From Tubiluchus corallicola (Eukaryota; Animalia; Priapulida), in the NCBI GenBank assembly GCA_030141605.1, contig JAQGDQ010000280.1, positions 119,510 to 183,509 of the forward strand: DNA of 64,000 nt, given 5' to 3'. Within the stretch, counting starts at the first letter, position 1. Each line of letters opens with the position of its first letter. Positions 12,941-25,261 of this stretch are shown piece by piece. A program made the position numbers and the translations under genes. The notes beneath the pieces are model-generated. The model was given only the letters and a program-made list of their open reading frames with translations, had not been told where the DNA came from and did no database searches.

Positions 12941-13400
12941 CACTCATATCTTGGTTTTGCTGGACCTCGCTTTTACGGTTATCGGAAGAATCGGACAAAA
13001 TCTGGACCGTTGAAAAGTCTCGCATATTGGAGGCACAGTCCGTTGTTTTCATCGCTTTGTTTACATCATTACATCCAAGCAACATGTAACGACACGTGCA
13101 GCTTGCATGCTAGCATGTTTACGTGGTTTAATCAACGTGTAATTTATTTAAGCATGTGCGGAAACAACATAGAATCAATTACGTGGAGTTAAATTTGAGT
13201 CAATTTCCAACAATTTTTAGAAACTTTTGCATAAGAGCGGCCCCTAGACGTTTTCGAGACAGTTAGGTGATTGATTCTACATTACCACGAGTCTAATACA
13301 CGGCGCCTACTGTATTGCTTAGTATCGGTAAATACAGACAATCAGCAAACATCCGGATAGACGTCTCCCTGCTTTTGTCTGGCAAACCAAGATATTAGTG
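12941..13400. mobile_element. TA-flanked MITE family C (half copy at about 2231-2420)
   Basis: TIRs CACTCATATCTTGGTTTTGC / GCAAACCAAGATATTAGTG with TA both sides; 13208-13398 is an inverted homologue of 2237-2420. Confidence 0.7.
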
Positions 13401-13813
13401 TATTTAATGCTATGAACACATGAATAAAGGAACCAAGGAAATAAGAACTAAAACATCGTTTTTTAGTTTGTAGCACTTTGCTATGTGAAGCACAAATTAT
13501 CCAAAAGGTTCGTAACCTCAGTATAAATGCATTTTTCACAAATTCTGTTTTTCTTCAGTAATTTCATTATTTTGAAATTACAGTCTTAGAAAGTGGTCAT
13601 AGTAACGACCATAATGCAAATGCATTGCACTAACATATAGACTAAAGCGATGCTAGTCTATTGCTGGCTGCTAGGAATGATGCCTCGCCTTAACTTTTTG
13701 CAAATCGAAGTGTTTAGAGTTGTGTCAATAGAAAACTATTTTGTCTTGAGAATTTATTCGACTTGTGCAGCTTAGTTCTAGGCCTACTAGATGCAGTGTT
13801 CTGCAGAACGATA

Positions 13814-13891
13814 CTATAGCGACGTCTCATTTGCGGGCCGCTTTGCGCATTCTTCTTCAAGAGAGACTATACGTTGTTTCAGCATCCGTGT
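13814..13891 (-). CDS. MCC: MCC last coding exon
   Basis: ttttcag|TRMLKQRIVSLEEECAKRPANETSL*; C-terminal ETSL PDZ-binding motif as in vertebrate MCC. Confidence 0.92.
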   Translation of the reverse strand, partial: TRMLKQRIVSLEEECAKRPANETSL

Positions 13892-13949
13892 CTGAAAAGT
13901 GAAAATTAGAAGACAGTTATAAAACGCGTCTGAAGCTGCACAAAACTTG

Positions 13950-14346
13950 AATAAGCATTGACGTTTAACAGTTCCAGCGATTGATGATGATCATGAAAAG
14001 GTCACAGGTTAAGTGTACCAGACTACGCATTTGTGCACACTTGACAATGCTTCGCAGCCCTTGCTACTGTAATAATAACAGTTTTAACAGCTAACTAGCA
14101 CCTTACCTAGTTCATTTTTCTTGTTTCCGCTCAAGATTCTGCTAGTAAACCACTCTACATGTGGTCTAATGCATTACTAAGTAAAGTCCAAGTAAAACAA
14201 CTGAAGTTACTGAACAGATGTGGCAGACGGCTTTGTTTTACACACGTGACGCGAGGGTTGTAGTTAAGTCGAAGGTTGCCGTGATACACTTAACCTTTGA
14301 CCTGCAGCAACTGCACTTACACACAATGAAACTTTGAAAAGGCTTA
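13950..14346 (+). mobile_element. MITE family D
   Basis: Homologous to 3129-3495. Confidence 0.75.
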
Positions 14347-14451
14347 CTGATGTAAAGTTAATATGTACAGAAGAAACAACATCTAGCCAATATTCGTGCA
14401 GTCAAAACAATCTCGTTTATAAACCAGACTGATACATAAGCGTTCGCCTAC

Positions 14452-14554
14452 CTGACATTCGTGCCGTTCTAACGTTGTAGTTATTTGCTGTTCTAATTTC
14501 CTCACTTTTGCCTGATGCTTCTTCTTAGCCTTCTCAAAAGCAGCTATAAGAGCA
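14452..14554 (-). CDS. MCC: MCC exon
   Basis: (S)ALIAAFEKAKKKHQAKVRKLEQQITTTLERHECQ; AG/GT boundaries, phase 2/0. Confidence 0.92.
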
Positions 14555-15458
14555 CTGAAATGAATAGAGATATTTTAAGTGCAATACATTCTATTTCTTG
14601 CGTCAAAGCAAGACTGTTGTTATTTACAGTAAATGCCCAGTCATTTTTTGTAAATATGAAAACCAAGCAGAAAAGATATAACTAAATGGAATGCCCCAGT
14701 TTTTATGCAAGCAAATATTTGCTTGCATAAAAGTGTTAATTAATAAATTAATTAATAAAGCGCATCAGATCTCATCAATTTAAACATTTGCTGTGCTGTT
14801 TCTGCACTCTCCAAACTTTGGTTACATATGGTGAGTGATGTCATGGCGGGATAAGGATGATTGTCTGAAAAGCATTGTGGGAAATCTGCGCCTACGTTTT
14901 GTTTACTGTCATGACGCATACGATCGAGCTGACAGTGTCGAGTGTTAAACTTTTTTGCAAGTACAAAAGTCTGTTTTTGTGTTGTGTAACTTTCTTGTAC
15001 GTTATACGTGAGCAAAATACCAAGAATTTGTGTAGCACTAAGGCGTATTAAATCAACAAGCAATGGTGGAAGTCTTTTCAAGTTTCCTGCCATGACGACA
15101 TCAGTGAATGGTTGCACGATCGCTGAATTACATGTATAAAGCAATTAGCGTAAGTAAAATCGATTAATTTCTTACCTAACTAATTAATTATTTTACAAAA
15201 GCGAATGGAGTATTATCATTTCAATATGTGTTCCTTAACTTTCGCTAATAATTGTTTGTGAGGCTGGGCTTTACTTTAAACTGTTTGCAAAAATGAGTGC
15301 TGAATGTAAAGAACTAGACTGGAAATGCAGATTTTAGCTAAATGTGGATTAACTACCACATAAACTATTTAAACACGCAGGCTAGACAGTTCAAGGCATT
15401 TTTCACCTTCCCAAAACCGGAAGTCGTTCTTTTTGTGATGATAAACTTAATTCCCTAC

Positions 15459-15643
15459 CTGTTTGCTCGCTTCAAATCGTTCACGAATTCTCCAGACTGT
15501 TGATGTCGGATCTCGGAGTTCTTGGACAACGTCTCCAGCGTCGCCAGCAATTCCTGGATCCTGTTCTTCAGTTTCTGTTCCCTCTGCACCGCCTCTTGAA
15601 GCTCAACGTTTGGATTTGGTTCTTCGGATTCTGATTCCACATC
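15459..15643 (-). CDS. MCC: MCC exon (coiled coil)
   Basis: DVESESEEPNPNVELQEAVQREQKLKNRIQELLATLETLSKNSEIRHQQSGEFVNDLKRAN. Confidence 0.92.
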
Positions 15644-15729
15644 CTGTGTAAAGCATCAAAAGTGGCGTAAGATTTCCTTATCAGTTCTACAGCAAAGACG
15701 TTTTTTCCTCAAAATTACATATTATAAAC

Positions 15730-16314
15730 TACATATAAGTCGAACACCTCGGGACCAGAGAATTTGTTCGAGTTCTGCGATGGTATGAGCTAGACAATGT
15801 TTGTAAGGAAAACAAGATTGAGTTGCTCACCAACGTCGGACTATACACTGCAGGCTATGAAAATAACAAACTGAGCTTTTGAATCAAATATCAAACAACA
15901 GTTTTTATGAATAATCGAAAATAAGATGATTGGTCAACCTCTACTGTAGTCTGAGCAGCATGGCTAATACAATTCGGCAATAATAATATTGTGGTCTAGT
16001 TACTAAAGCACATACGTTAAGCCACGTTGCAAGAAATCTTCGCATTTTTGCTGAAACCGGGAGGTAAAATTGTAATTTGATGCACATTTGCATAGGATTT
16101 CTTGCTTGGGAGGTTGTTTGAGGTAGGCATGGTAATTTCAATTAGATTCTTATAAACTGTACCTTATAAAATTCGGTTAAAATTACTTCGCGATAATTCG
16201 AGTTGCATAATGTTTGGTAAAGAAAAAATCTAAAAGGAAAATCCGTTCTACGAGATCTGTTCGAGATGCGCAAGAAATCGAATTATAACGGGTCGAATTA
16301 CACGCTGTTTACCG
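15730..16314. mobile_element. Degenerate pogo/Tigger-like MITE
   Basis: taagtcgaacacctcgggacc...ttcgagtt motifs; right end tcgaattataacgggtcgaattacacgctgtttaccgta. Confidence 0.45.
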
Positions 16315-16344
16315 TATTTTAAAACACAGGTGTGCTAAACTTAC

Positions 16345-16518
16345 CTTTTTACAGTAACGTTCAATTTTTGATTGCAGGTCCTTTACTTCCGACTTCAAGT
16401 GATCTATCTGCACTTGGTATGCCTGTTCGTGTGCATCACAGCTGCTCAGACGTAACTCCAGTGCTTTCTTCTCTTTCTCCAACATGTAGTTTACTGCTTT
16501 TAGTTCTGCCTTCTCCTC
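16345..16518 (-). CDS. MCC: MCC exon (coiled coil)
   Basis: EEKAELKAVNYMLEKEKKALELRLSSCDAHEQAYQVQIDHLKSEVKDLQSKIERYCKK; cctag|...|gtaag. Confidence 0.92.
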
Positions 16519-16567
16519 CTAGGTGCACACAGTCAAATAAAACAGATTACAACACCTTTAATTATAC

Positions 16568-18215
16568 TAGTGATGGGAATTGGTACAAACATCTGGATAC
16601 GATTTCGATAAACGATAAGGACCTGCGATACAATTTCAATAAACGATAAGGACTTGCGATACAATTTCAATAAACGATAAGGGCTTGCGATACAATTTCA
16701 ATAAACGATAAGGACTTGCGATACAATTTCAATAAACGATAAGGACTTGCGATACAATTTCAATAAACGATAAGGGCTTGCGATACAATTTCAATAAACG
16801 ATAAGGACTTGCGATACAATTTCGATAAACGATAAGGGCTTGCGATACAATTTCAATAAACGATAAGGCCTTGCGATACAATTTCGATAAGCGATAAGGA
16901 CTTGCGATACAATTTCAATAAGTGATAAGGACTTGCGATACAATTTCAATAAACGATAAGGGCTTGCGATACAATTTCAATAAACGATAAGGACTTGCGA
17001 TACAATTTCAATAAACGATAAGGACTTGCGATACAATTTCGATAAACGATAAGGACTTGCGATACAATTTCAATAAACGATAAGGACTTGCGATACAATT
17101 TCGATAAACGATAAGGGCTTGCGATACAATTTCAATAAACGATAAGGCCTTGCGATACAATTTTGATAAGCGATAAGGACTTGCGATACAATTTCGATAA
17201 GTGATAAGGACTTGCGATACAATTTCGATAAACGATAAGGCCTTGCGATACAATTTCGATAAACGATAAAGATTTGCGATACAATTTCAATAAACGATAA
17301 GAACTTGTGATACAATTTCGATAAACGATAAGGACTTGCGATACAATTTCAATAAGCGATAAGGACTTGCGATACAATTTCGATAAGCGATAAGGCCTTG
17401 CGATACAATTTCGATAAACGATAAAGATTTGCGATACAATTTCAATAAACGATAAGAACTTGTAATACAATTTCGATAAACGATAAGGACTTGCGATACA
17501 ATTTCAATAAACGATAAGACTTGTGATACAATTTCGATAAACGATAAGAACTTGCGATACAATTTCAATAAACGATAAGGCCTTGCGATACAATTTCGAT
17601 AAACGATAAAGATTTGCGATACAATTTCAATAAACGATAAGAACTTGTGATACAATTTCGATAAACGATAAGGACTTGCGATACAATTTCAATAAGCGAT
17701 AAGGACTTGCGATACAATTTCGATAAGCGATAAGGCCTTGCGATACAATTTCGATAAACGATAAAGATTTGCGATACAATTTCAATAAACGATAAGGCCT
17801 TGTGATACAATTTCGATAAACGATAAGGACTTGCGATACAATTTCAATAAACGATAAGACTTGTGATACAATTTCGATAAACGATAAGAACTTGCGATAC
17901 AATTTCAATAAGCGATACGGACTTGCGATCATTTTATGTAATTAATGCTACCGGGTTTTGAAGTTAATAATATGATAATATAAACTATAGTTCTCAATAC
18001 GTTTAGCTAAGACACACAAATCACCGAAATGACAGATCGATTTCATTATCGATACTCGATTATCGATTACTTGATGTCGATCTTCTGTGGTGACGATCAT
18101 TAATTTTATCGATTCGATAATAGATAAAAAAATCGATTTTGTTTTGTATTGATTTGAAAATCGACAAAAAAAATAGATTTTTCGTCGGTGAAACGACAAT
18201 CGATTCCCATCAGTA
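16568..18215. mobile_element. Non-autonomous hAT element carrying a satellite array
   Basis: TIRs TAGTGATGGGAAT / ATTCCCATCAGTA; perfect 8-bp TSD AATTATAC at 16560-16567 and 18216-18223. Confidence 0.85.
16597..17929. repeat. 31-bp tandem repeat, about 43 copies
   Basis: Unit gatacaatttc(a/g)ataaacgataaggacttgc. Confidence 0.95.
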
Positions 18216-18723
18216 AATTATACTGAAAACTTTTAAACTATATCAAATCCAAACAGATCCAGAAAGCATGGAACAGCTGAGATTCACGATATAGTATTGT
18301 TGCTGTGCTTGAGTGCTTTTCAAATTACTGTATAACTATCATGGCCTTCTTGACAGTAACAATAGATTTACGCGTTTAACACAACAACGACAAAATTCAT
18401 GTAAATATAATGATTTACATAAAGTTATGTTCTTCGTAATGAACAATTATAGAAATCTCTTTAATTGCTATATCGAAACTGTAATAATGTAAAGCAAAAT
18501 GTAAAATAATTTCAGCAATTGATGTCAAACTGTAAAAAATTCGTGAACTACGTACTCACTGTATCAATACCACCCAAAGATTGATCAGAAAATGCGGCAT
18601 CTAACCGCTAAAATGGTTTCAACATCTAAAGACGAACAAAGCTCTATTGAACACAGTGACTCACAGCGAGCACGTTCGAAGAGATACCCCAGTTATGGAT
18701 ATGAAAGACGGCCCCAGTGAATA

Positions 18724-19173
18724 CAGTCAACCTTGGACATAAGAGACACCTCGAGACGGGAAAAGAGCATCCCTTATATTCGATGTCCCTTATAGCTGAA
18801 GTTGAGTCAGACCGAGGGTGTGTAGATCTAGATCTGTACTTTTCTGTACTTTTACCCATATGTTTATGGGTTATTGCTACACATTCAGTGCAAACGGGAT
18901 GTAGGAAGCTCCTTTAGTGGCAAAGAGTCACGTGCGAGATGTATGTGACAAAAGCGAGCTGTTTGATGACCAAGTTTGCAAAAAATCTATCAATTTCGCT
19001 TCGATCAGAGGGTCCCTTATATGCGAGGTAATGTACCTGGGTTTCTATTATGCAGGACCTGAAGATATCGTCACTTATATCTGAGTACCTTATACGAAGA
19101 TTTTTACTAGGAAAAATCGGGACCGGTGTTGGTGGTCCCTTACGAGTGAGTATCTTATACCCGAGGTTGACTG
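18724..19173. mobile_element. pogo/Tigger-like (Tc1/mariner) MITE
   Basis: TA|CAGTCAACCTTGGACATAAGAGAC...GTATCTTATACCCGAGGTTGACTG|TA. Confidence 0.8.
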
Positions 19174-19248
19174 TATACTAACAGTCATGGTCACAGTTAC
19201 ATACTGAATACGTTGTATTTTGCTGGGTTGATTATTTCTAACGATTAC

Positions 19249-19486
19249 CTTCATGGCCATTAATTCCTGCATCAGAACGGCATTTTCCAGGTCCAGCTTG
19301 CGTCCGTCGGCGGCGGACACCGGTTCAGTTTTGGACAGCGGATCGATGTGAATGCTCTCCAGTTCCATGATTGTCGTCCTCACGGCTGCCCTATCACTCT
19401 TCAGTTGACTGATGTAGTCCTTCAGACGCTGTTCATCAATCTTTGTGAACTCGTCCGTACAGGAACTGGACGTAGAACTTGTTGTA
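19249..19486 (-). CDS. MCC: MCC exon
   Basis: TTSSTSSSCTDEFTKIDEQRLKDYISQLKSDRAAVRTTIMELESIHIDPL...LDLENAVLMQELMAMK. Confidence 0.93.
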
Positions 19487-19603
19487 CTGAAACATACATT
19501 ACGGTCAAGTACATTGTACATAAATAGTTCATATCCAAGCGTTTTAAACAACAGTAAGCAATCAAACTTGAAAATTTCTCCGATAAATGACCCAATTTGG
19601 CAA

Positions 19604-20104
19604 TAAGCCTTTTTGCAGCTTCAGTGATTGATGATGATCATGAAAAGGTCAAAGGTTAAGTGTATCAGACAACGCATTTGTGTACACTTGTTAACGCCTC
19701 GCAGCCCATGCTGTTGTAATAGTAACAGTTTTAACAGCCAGCTAGAACCTTACCTAGTTCATTTTTTCTTGTTCGCAAGAAAGATCCAGTTAGTAAACCA
19801 CTCTATGCACAGACTATTGCATAATTGAGTAAAGTCCATGTAAAGCAACTGAAGTTACTGAACTGATGCTCCACGTGGTTTTGCCTTACCCACATGTCAC
19901 GTGATGGCTGTAGTTAAGACGTGTTGCTGTGGTACACTTAACCTTTGACCCACGGCAACTGCACATGTGCACAACAGGTTCTAGCTAGCTGTTAAAACTG
20001 TCACTGCGAGGCATTGTGAAGTGTACACAAATGTGTTGTCTGGTACACTTAACCTTTAACCTTTTCACGATCATCATCAATCGCTGGAACTGTGAAATTG
20101 CTTA
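19604..20104. mobile_element. MITE family D, rearranged foldback copy
   Basis: Left arm repeated in inverted orientation at about 19977-20104. Confidence 0.75.
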
Positions 20105-20229
20105 TGATCACGAAAAATGAAACAATTGATTGCTTTCTGGTGTAATGATAATCATTAATGATAAGATAATTAAGCAAATCTTCATTAGACTGTTACACGG
20201 AGAAACACGTTATACAAAACAGCTGTTAC

Positions 20230-20425
20230 CTGGTTGTGTGACTATGTCCCGAAGAGACGTCCTCCCAAGGGTTGGGCGAACAACCGGGCACTGTGCACAT
20301 GATGCCACAGTTGCGGTCAAGCCTTTGCACTGTGTGCCTGGCCGTTGTCTCTGCCTGTTTGCGATTCTCCTGACAGCGCCTCAGCAGAACGGACAAGTCC
20401 TCATTCTGCTCAACCTCATTATTGA
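20230..20425 (-). CDS. MCC: MCC exon
   Basis: NNEVEQNEDLSVLLRRCQENRKQAETTARHTVQRLDRNCG...PWEDVSSGHSHTT; phase 1/2. Confidence 0.9.
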
Positions 20426-20516
20426 CTGAAAATAGATAAAAACATAAAAGAATATTGCATAACTTATGTATCATTGATTAGCGATTTGCAGCCTAGGCCA
20501 TGGGGTTTGGAAAGAT

Positions 20517-22632
20517 ACTGTTAAGCATGGGATGGTGAAACTTCAGGCATTGTTAAGCATGGCATAGTGAAACTTCAGGCATTGTTAAGCATGGTAGAGT
20601 GAAACTTCAGGCATTGTTAAGCATGGCATAGTGAAACTTCAGGCATTGTTAAGCATGGCAGAGATAAACTTCAGACACTGTTGACCATGGCATAGTGAAA
20701 CTTCAGACATTGTTAAGCATGGCATAGTGAAACTTCAGACACTGTTAAGCATGACATAGTGAAACTTCAGACATTGTTAAGCACGGCATAGTGAAACTTC
20801 AGGCATTGTTAAGCACGGCAGAGTGAAACTTCAGGCATTGTTAAGCATGGCATAGTGAAACTTCAGTCATTGTTAAGCATGGCAGAGTGAAACTTCAGAC
20901 ATTGTTAAGCATGGCATAGGGAAACTTCAGGCATTGTTAAGCATGGCATAGTGAAACTTCAGACATTGTTAAGCATGGCAGAGTGAAACTTCAGACATTG
21001 TTAAGCATGGCATAGGGAAACTTCAGGCATTGTTAAGCATGGCATAGTGAAACTTCAGACATTGTTAAGCATGGCAGAGTGAAACTTCAGACATTGTTAA
21101 GCATGGGATAGTGAAACTTCAGGCTTTGTTAAGCATGGGATAGTGAAATTTCAGACATTGTTAAACATGGCATTGTAAAACTTCAGACATTGTTAAGCAT
21201 GGCAGAGTGAAACTTCAGACATTGTTAAGCATGGCATAGGGAAACTTCAGGCATTGCTAAGCATGGCAGAGTCTGACATTGTTAAGCATGGCAGAGTGAA
21301 ACTTCAGACATTGTTAAGCATGGCAGAGTGAAACTTCAGACATTGTTAAGCATGGCATAGGGAAACTTCAGGCATTGCTAAGCATGGCAGAGTGAAACTT
21401 CTGACATTGTTAAGCATGGCAGAGTGAAACTTCAGACATTGTTAAGCATGGCAGAGTGAAACTTCAGACATTGTTAAGCATGGCAGAGTGAAACTTCAGG
21501 CATTGTTAAGCATGGCATAGGGAAACTTCAGACATTGTTAAGCATGGCAGAGTGAAACTTCAGGCATTGTTAAGCATGGCATAGGGAAACTTCAGACATT
21601 GTTAAGCATGGCAGAGTGAAACTTCAGACATTGTTAAGCATGGCATAGGGAAACTTCAGGCATTGCTAAGCATGGCAGAGTGAAACTTCAGACATTGTTA
21701 AGCATGGCAGAGTGAAACTTCAGACATTGTTAAGCATGGCAGAGTGAAACTTCAGACATTGTTAAGCATGGCATAGGGAAACTTCAGGCATTGCTAAGCA
21801 TGGCAGAGTGAAACTTCAGACATTGTTAAGCATGGCAGAGTGAAACTTCAGACATTGTTAAGCATGGCAGAGTGAAACTTCAGACATTGTTAAGCATGGC
21901 ATAGGGAAACTTCAGACATTTTTAAGCATGGCAGAGTGAAACTTCAGACATTGTTAAGCATGGCAAAGGGAAACTTCAGACATTGTTAAGCATGGCAGAG
22001 TGAAACTTGAGGCATTGCTAAGCATGGCAGAGGATAACTTCAGGCATTGCTAAGCATGGCATAGGGAAACTTCAGACATTGCTAAGCATGGCAGAGTGAA
22101 ACTTCAGACATTGCTACGCATGGCAGAGTGAAACTTCAGACATTGCTAAGCATGGCAGAGTGAAACTTCAGACATTGCTAAGCATGGCAGAGGGAAACTT
22201 CAGACATTGCTAAGCATGGCATAGGGAAACTTCAGACATTGCTAAGCATGGCAGAGTGAAACTTCAGACATTGCTAAGCATGGCAGAGGGAAACTTCAGG
22301 CTTTGCTAAGCATGGCAGAGTGAAACTTCAGGCTTTGCTAAGCATGGCAGAGTGAAACTTCAGGCATTGCTAATCATGGGACAGTGAAACTTCAGGCATT
22401 GTTAAGCATGGCAGAGTGAAACTTCAGACACTGTTAAGCATGGGACAGTGAAACTTCGGACATCGTTAAGCATGGGACAGTGAAACTTCAGACATCGTTA
22501 AGCATGTGATAGTGAAACTTCAGGCATCATTAAGCGTAGAATATTGAAACTTCAGACATTGTTAAGCATGGGATAGTGAAACTTCGGACATCATTAAGCA
22601 TGGGATATTGAAACTTCAAACAGTCTAAGCAT
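20517..22632. repeat. 32-bp minisatellite, about 66 copies
   Basis: Unit ttgttaagcatggcagagtgaaacttcagaca. Confidence 0.95.
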
Positions 22633-22645
22633 TACACGTACTCAC

Positions 22646-22812
22646 CTAGACTTCCCAAACCTGCAGCTCTGCAGTTGACGAGTAACAGTGACTGTTCTGC
22701 CTCAATTAGTGACAGCAACGTTTCATAAGCTTCAATCGCTTGGTCGGAATAACTCACAGCTAGCTGCAGTGCTGTATTATTTGACTCATATTTACCAATA
22801 AGTACACTTAAT
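22646..22812 (-). CDS. MCC: MCC exon
   Basis: LSVLIGKYESNNTALQLAVSYSDQAIEAYETLLSLIEAEQSLLLVNCRAAGLGSL; |gtgag donor. Confidence 0.93.
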
Positions 22813-23000
22813 CTGAAAAGCAAACAATTATACCTGTTCAGTCCGATTTACATGATCAAACAAACAAAAATAAACAGCTAGCTATTTATATTTTGATAAA
22901 TTGGGCACCATGTTTGCAGTAGATGTTTAACAAAACAAGAACAAACAATGTTTCATGAAAAGCAGAGGATTAATAACATAATTGCAATTTCACAAGCCAA

Positions 23001-23471
23001 TAAGCCTCTTCACAGCTTTCTTGTGCACATTTGCTGTAGGTCAAAGGTTAAGTGCACCACAGGAATGCGTCTTAACTACTACCATCACGTGACGTGCGCG
23101 TTTGTGTCAAGCAAAGCCGTATGCCACATCAGTTCAGTAACATCAGGAACGCATCTTAACTACTACCATCACGTGATGTGCATGCGTGTGTAAAGCAAAG
23201 CCGTATTCCACATCAGTTCAGTAACATCAGCTTTTATGTGATTTTCTTAATTACGCATCAGTTTTTGCATAGAGTGTTTTTTCCACAGGATTTTGCTTGG
23301 GAACAAGAAAAAATGAACTATGTAATGTTCTAGCTAGCTGTTAAAACCGTTACTATTATAATAGCATGGGCTGCTAGGCGTTGTCAAGTGTACACAAATG
23401 CGTTGTCTGGTACAGTTAACCTTTGACCTTTTCACGATCATCATCAATCGCTGGAATTATGATGAGGCTTA
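23001..23471 (-). mobile_element. MITE family D
   Basis: Inverted homologue of 3129-3495 with an internal ~80-bp duplication. Confidence 0.75.
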
Positions 23472-23761
23472 CTGTGGTTTCAAAAGCTTTGCTTCTTGAT
23501 CACCATGCAACACATATTTTTGATTGATAAACTATTACGCAGTATAGTTTCTTAATGTAGTTCTGTTACAATTATTGTAACTGTATTTGGTTTTTCCTAG
23601 TCATAGTGCATAATAGTTATAAAATGATATGGTAATTTATAATGTAAAATTATATGCTGAAGCGGATTACAAATTACAAATAAGTAAAAATTGTAATTTA
23701 TCTAAACTTTCTATACTGCATAAGCTAACAGATTCTTGGAAGAAAGGAACAGCACTCTTAC

Positions 23762-23988
23762 CTATCACATTGGGTTTTGCTCTCTTCCAAGGTTAGTGTC
23801 AGTAAGTCATTCTGAGACTTGAGATGTTCGATGCGACTGTTTGATCGTTCCATTTCCACCTCAAACTCCTGCACTTTAGTTTCTGACGGGGAAGACCCAT
23901 GGGAGAGTAGATTCTGGATGATTTCCTCGACGTCCGAACAGTCTGTTAGCGAAGAGGTCAGGTGTTCTGCTACTTTGGCACTTTGCAG
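23762..23988 (-). CDS. MCC: MCC exon
   Basis: LQSAKVAEHLTSSL...KVQEFEVEMERSNSRIEHLKSQNDLLTLTLEESKTQCD. Confidence 0.93.
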
Positions 23989-24179
23989 CTGTAATCAAAA
24001 AGCAACTCTCAGTAAACGACCATCATAGGAATGGGCCGATCATTTCTAGGTCACGTATGAGGTACTGTTTGGAAGAGGTGCTGTAATTTCTGCTGATAAG
24101 GCTGCAAGCACATTTAAAAACATATTTTCAGCCCAATCAGGCTTTATGGCAGGGGTCCAAATTTTTTTTAGACTATTGA

Positions 24180-24565
24180 CCCCCTGGGCGCTACCATTTT
24201 CAATGCTCATTGTTCTTCCAATGACGTCATTCGTCTTGAAGAAAAGCAGCGCACTGTCAATCTTCATCAAAAGTATAACAAATTTTACAAAAAAATAGAT
24301 AGCCAATTTTCTACTATTTTTGCGTAAACATTAGATAAGCTGCAGAAGCTTGAACTAGTTTAAACAGCGCGCGCTTACGAAAAGTCATGAAATCTCCCAG
24401 TTATGTCGTGATTTTCAAGTGAAGTGGAAGTCTATTCAACGATCGTATATTTCAAATCTATGCTTAATATAAGCAGTTCTTTGTAAATTTCTTTGTTATA
24501 TTTTTCTAAGTTTAAGTGACAACAGTAAAATAAACCCAACATACTGAGTGACGTGTTCTTTCCTG
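24180..24565 (+). mobile_element. MITE family E copy
   Basis: Homologous to 33500-33909; boundaries approximate. Confidence 0.6.
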
Positions 24566-24699
24566 TAATAGTGGGCCATGCGCACTACATGCAAAATTCC
24601 AAAAAAATCCATGTTTTGTCATCTGTTGAACGCTAATGAGAACGCAGTACTGTATATAATTAATTTAAAACATGTTTACACTTCATAACTGATCATTGA

Positions 24700-25026
24700 T
24701 GTCAACATAGCGCAATCTATTATCTTTCTTCCTACCATTTCCACTAACACATCCTTCAACCCTTCCTGCATGATCTAACCTTTCTCCCAGTTCTTTTTTT
24801 GTTCACTCATCCATTCTTTTTTTATCGGGTTCACATGACAGTGGGCTTATACAAGCCTTCGCTTCTCTAGCCCACTGCAGTACAATTATTCTTTTATGAT
24901 AACGATAGTGTATGAAACATAACAATTTAATACAGTATGATGTAATAATTTTGATGTCACTGTGTGCTTAATGTCATTATATTGTACTGAATGTGATAAT
25001 AATAATAAATAAAAAAATAAAATAAA
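24700..25026 (+). mobile_element. Possible 3' end of an L2/Crack-like LINE
   Basis: Hairpin cagtgggct-tatacaagccttcgcttctct-agcccactg (24839-24878) followed by an (AATAAA)-type tail. Confidence 0.4.
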
Positions 25027-25042
25027 TTACTAACACACTCAC

Positions 25043-25261
25043 CCCAACACTGCTGATTTCTGAGCCAAGAATTTGCCTATCGCCCTGTTCCACTTTCTTT
25101 AAGCGCACTCGTTCGGCTATCTTAGTCACGGGTATCTCGTCCCGACTCGAGACACTGCGTTCCCCCGTGCTGGGGTTTATGCACCGGTTGGGAGAGCTGT
25201 TTAAGCTGCCTGCTGGACTAGATGTTTGAGCTATTTGTAGTTTGTGCTGGAGATCACGAAC
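25043..25261 (-). CDS. MCC: MCC exon
   Basis: VRDLQHKLQ...CINPSTGERSVSSRDEIPVTKIAERVRLKKVEQGDRQILGSEISSVG. Confidence 0.92.

Noticed and set aside
16597-22632. 31- and 32-bp arrays resembling CRISPR repeats
   Set aside because: No unique spacers, no cas genes, eukaryotic introns; plain tandem repeats
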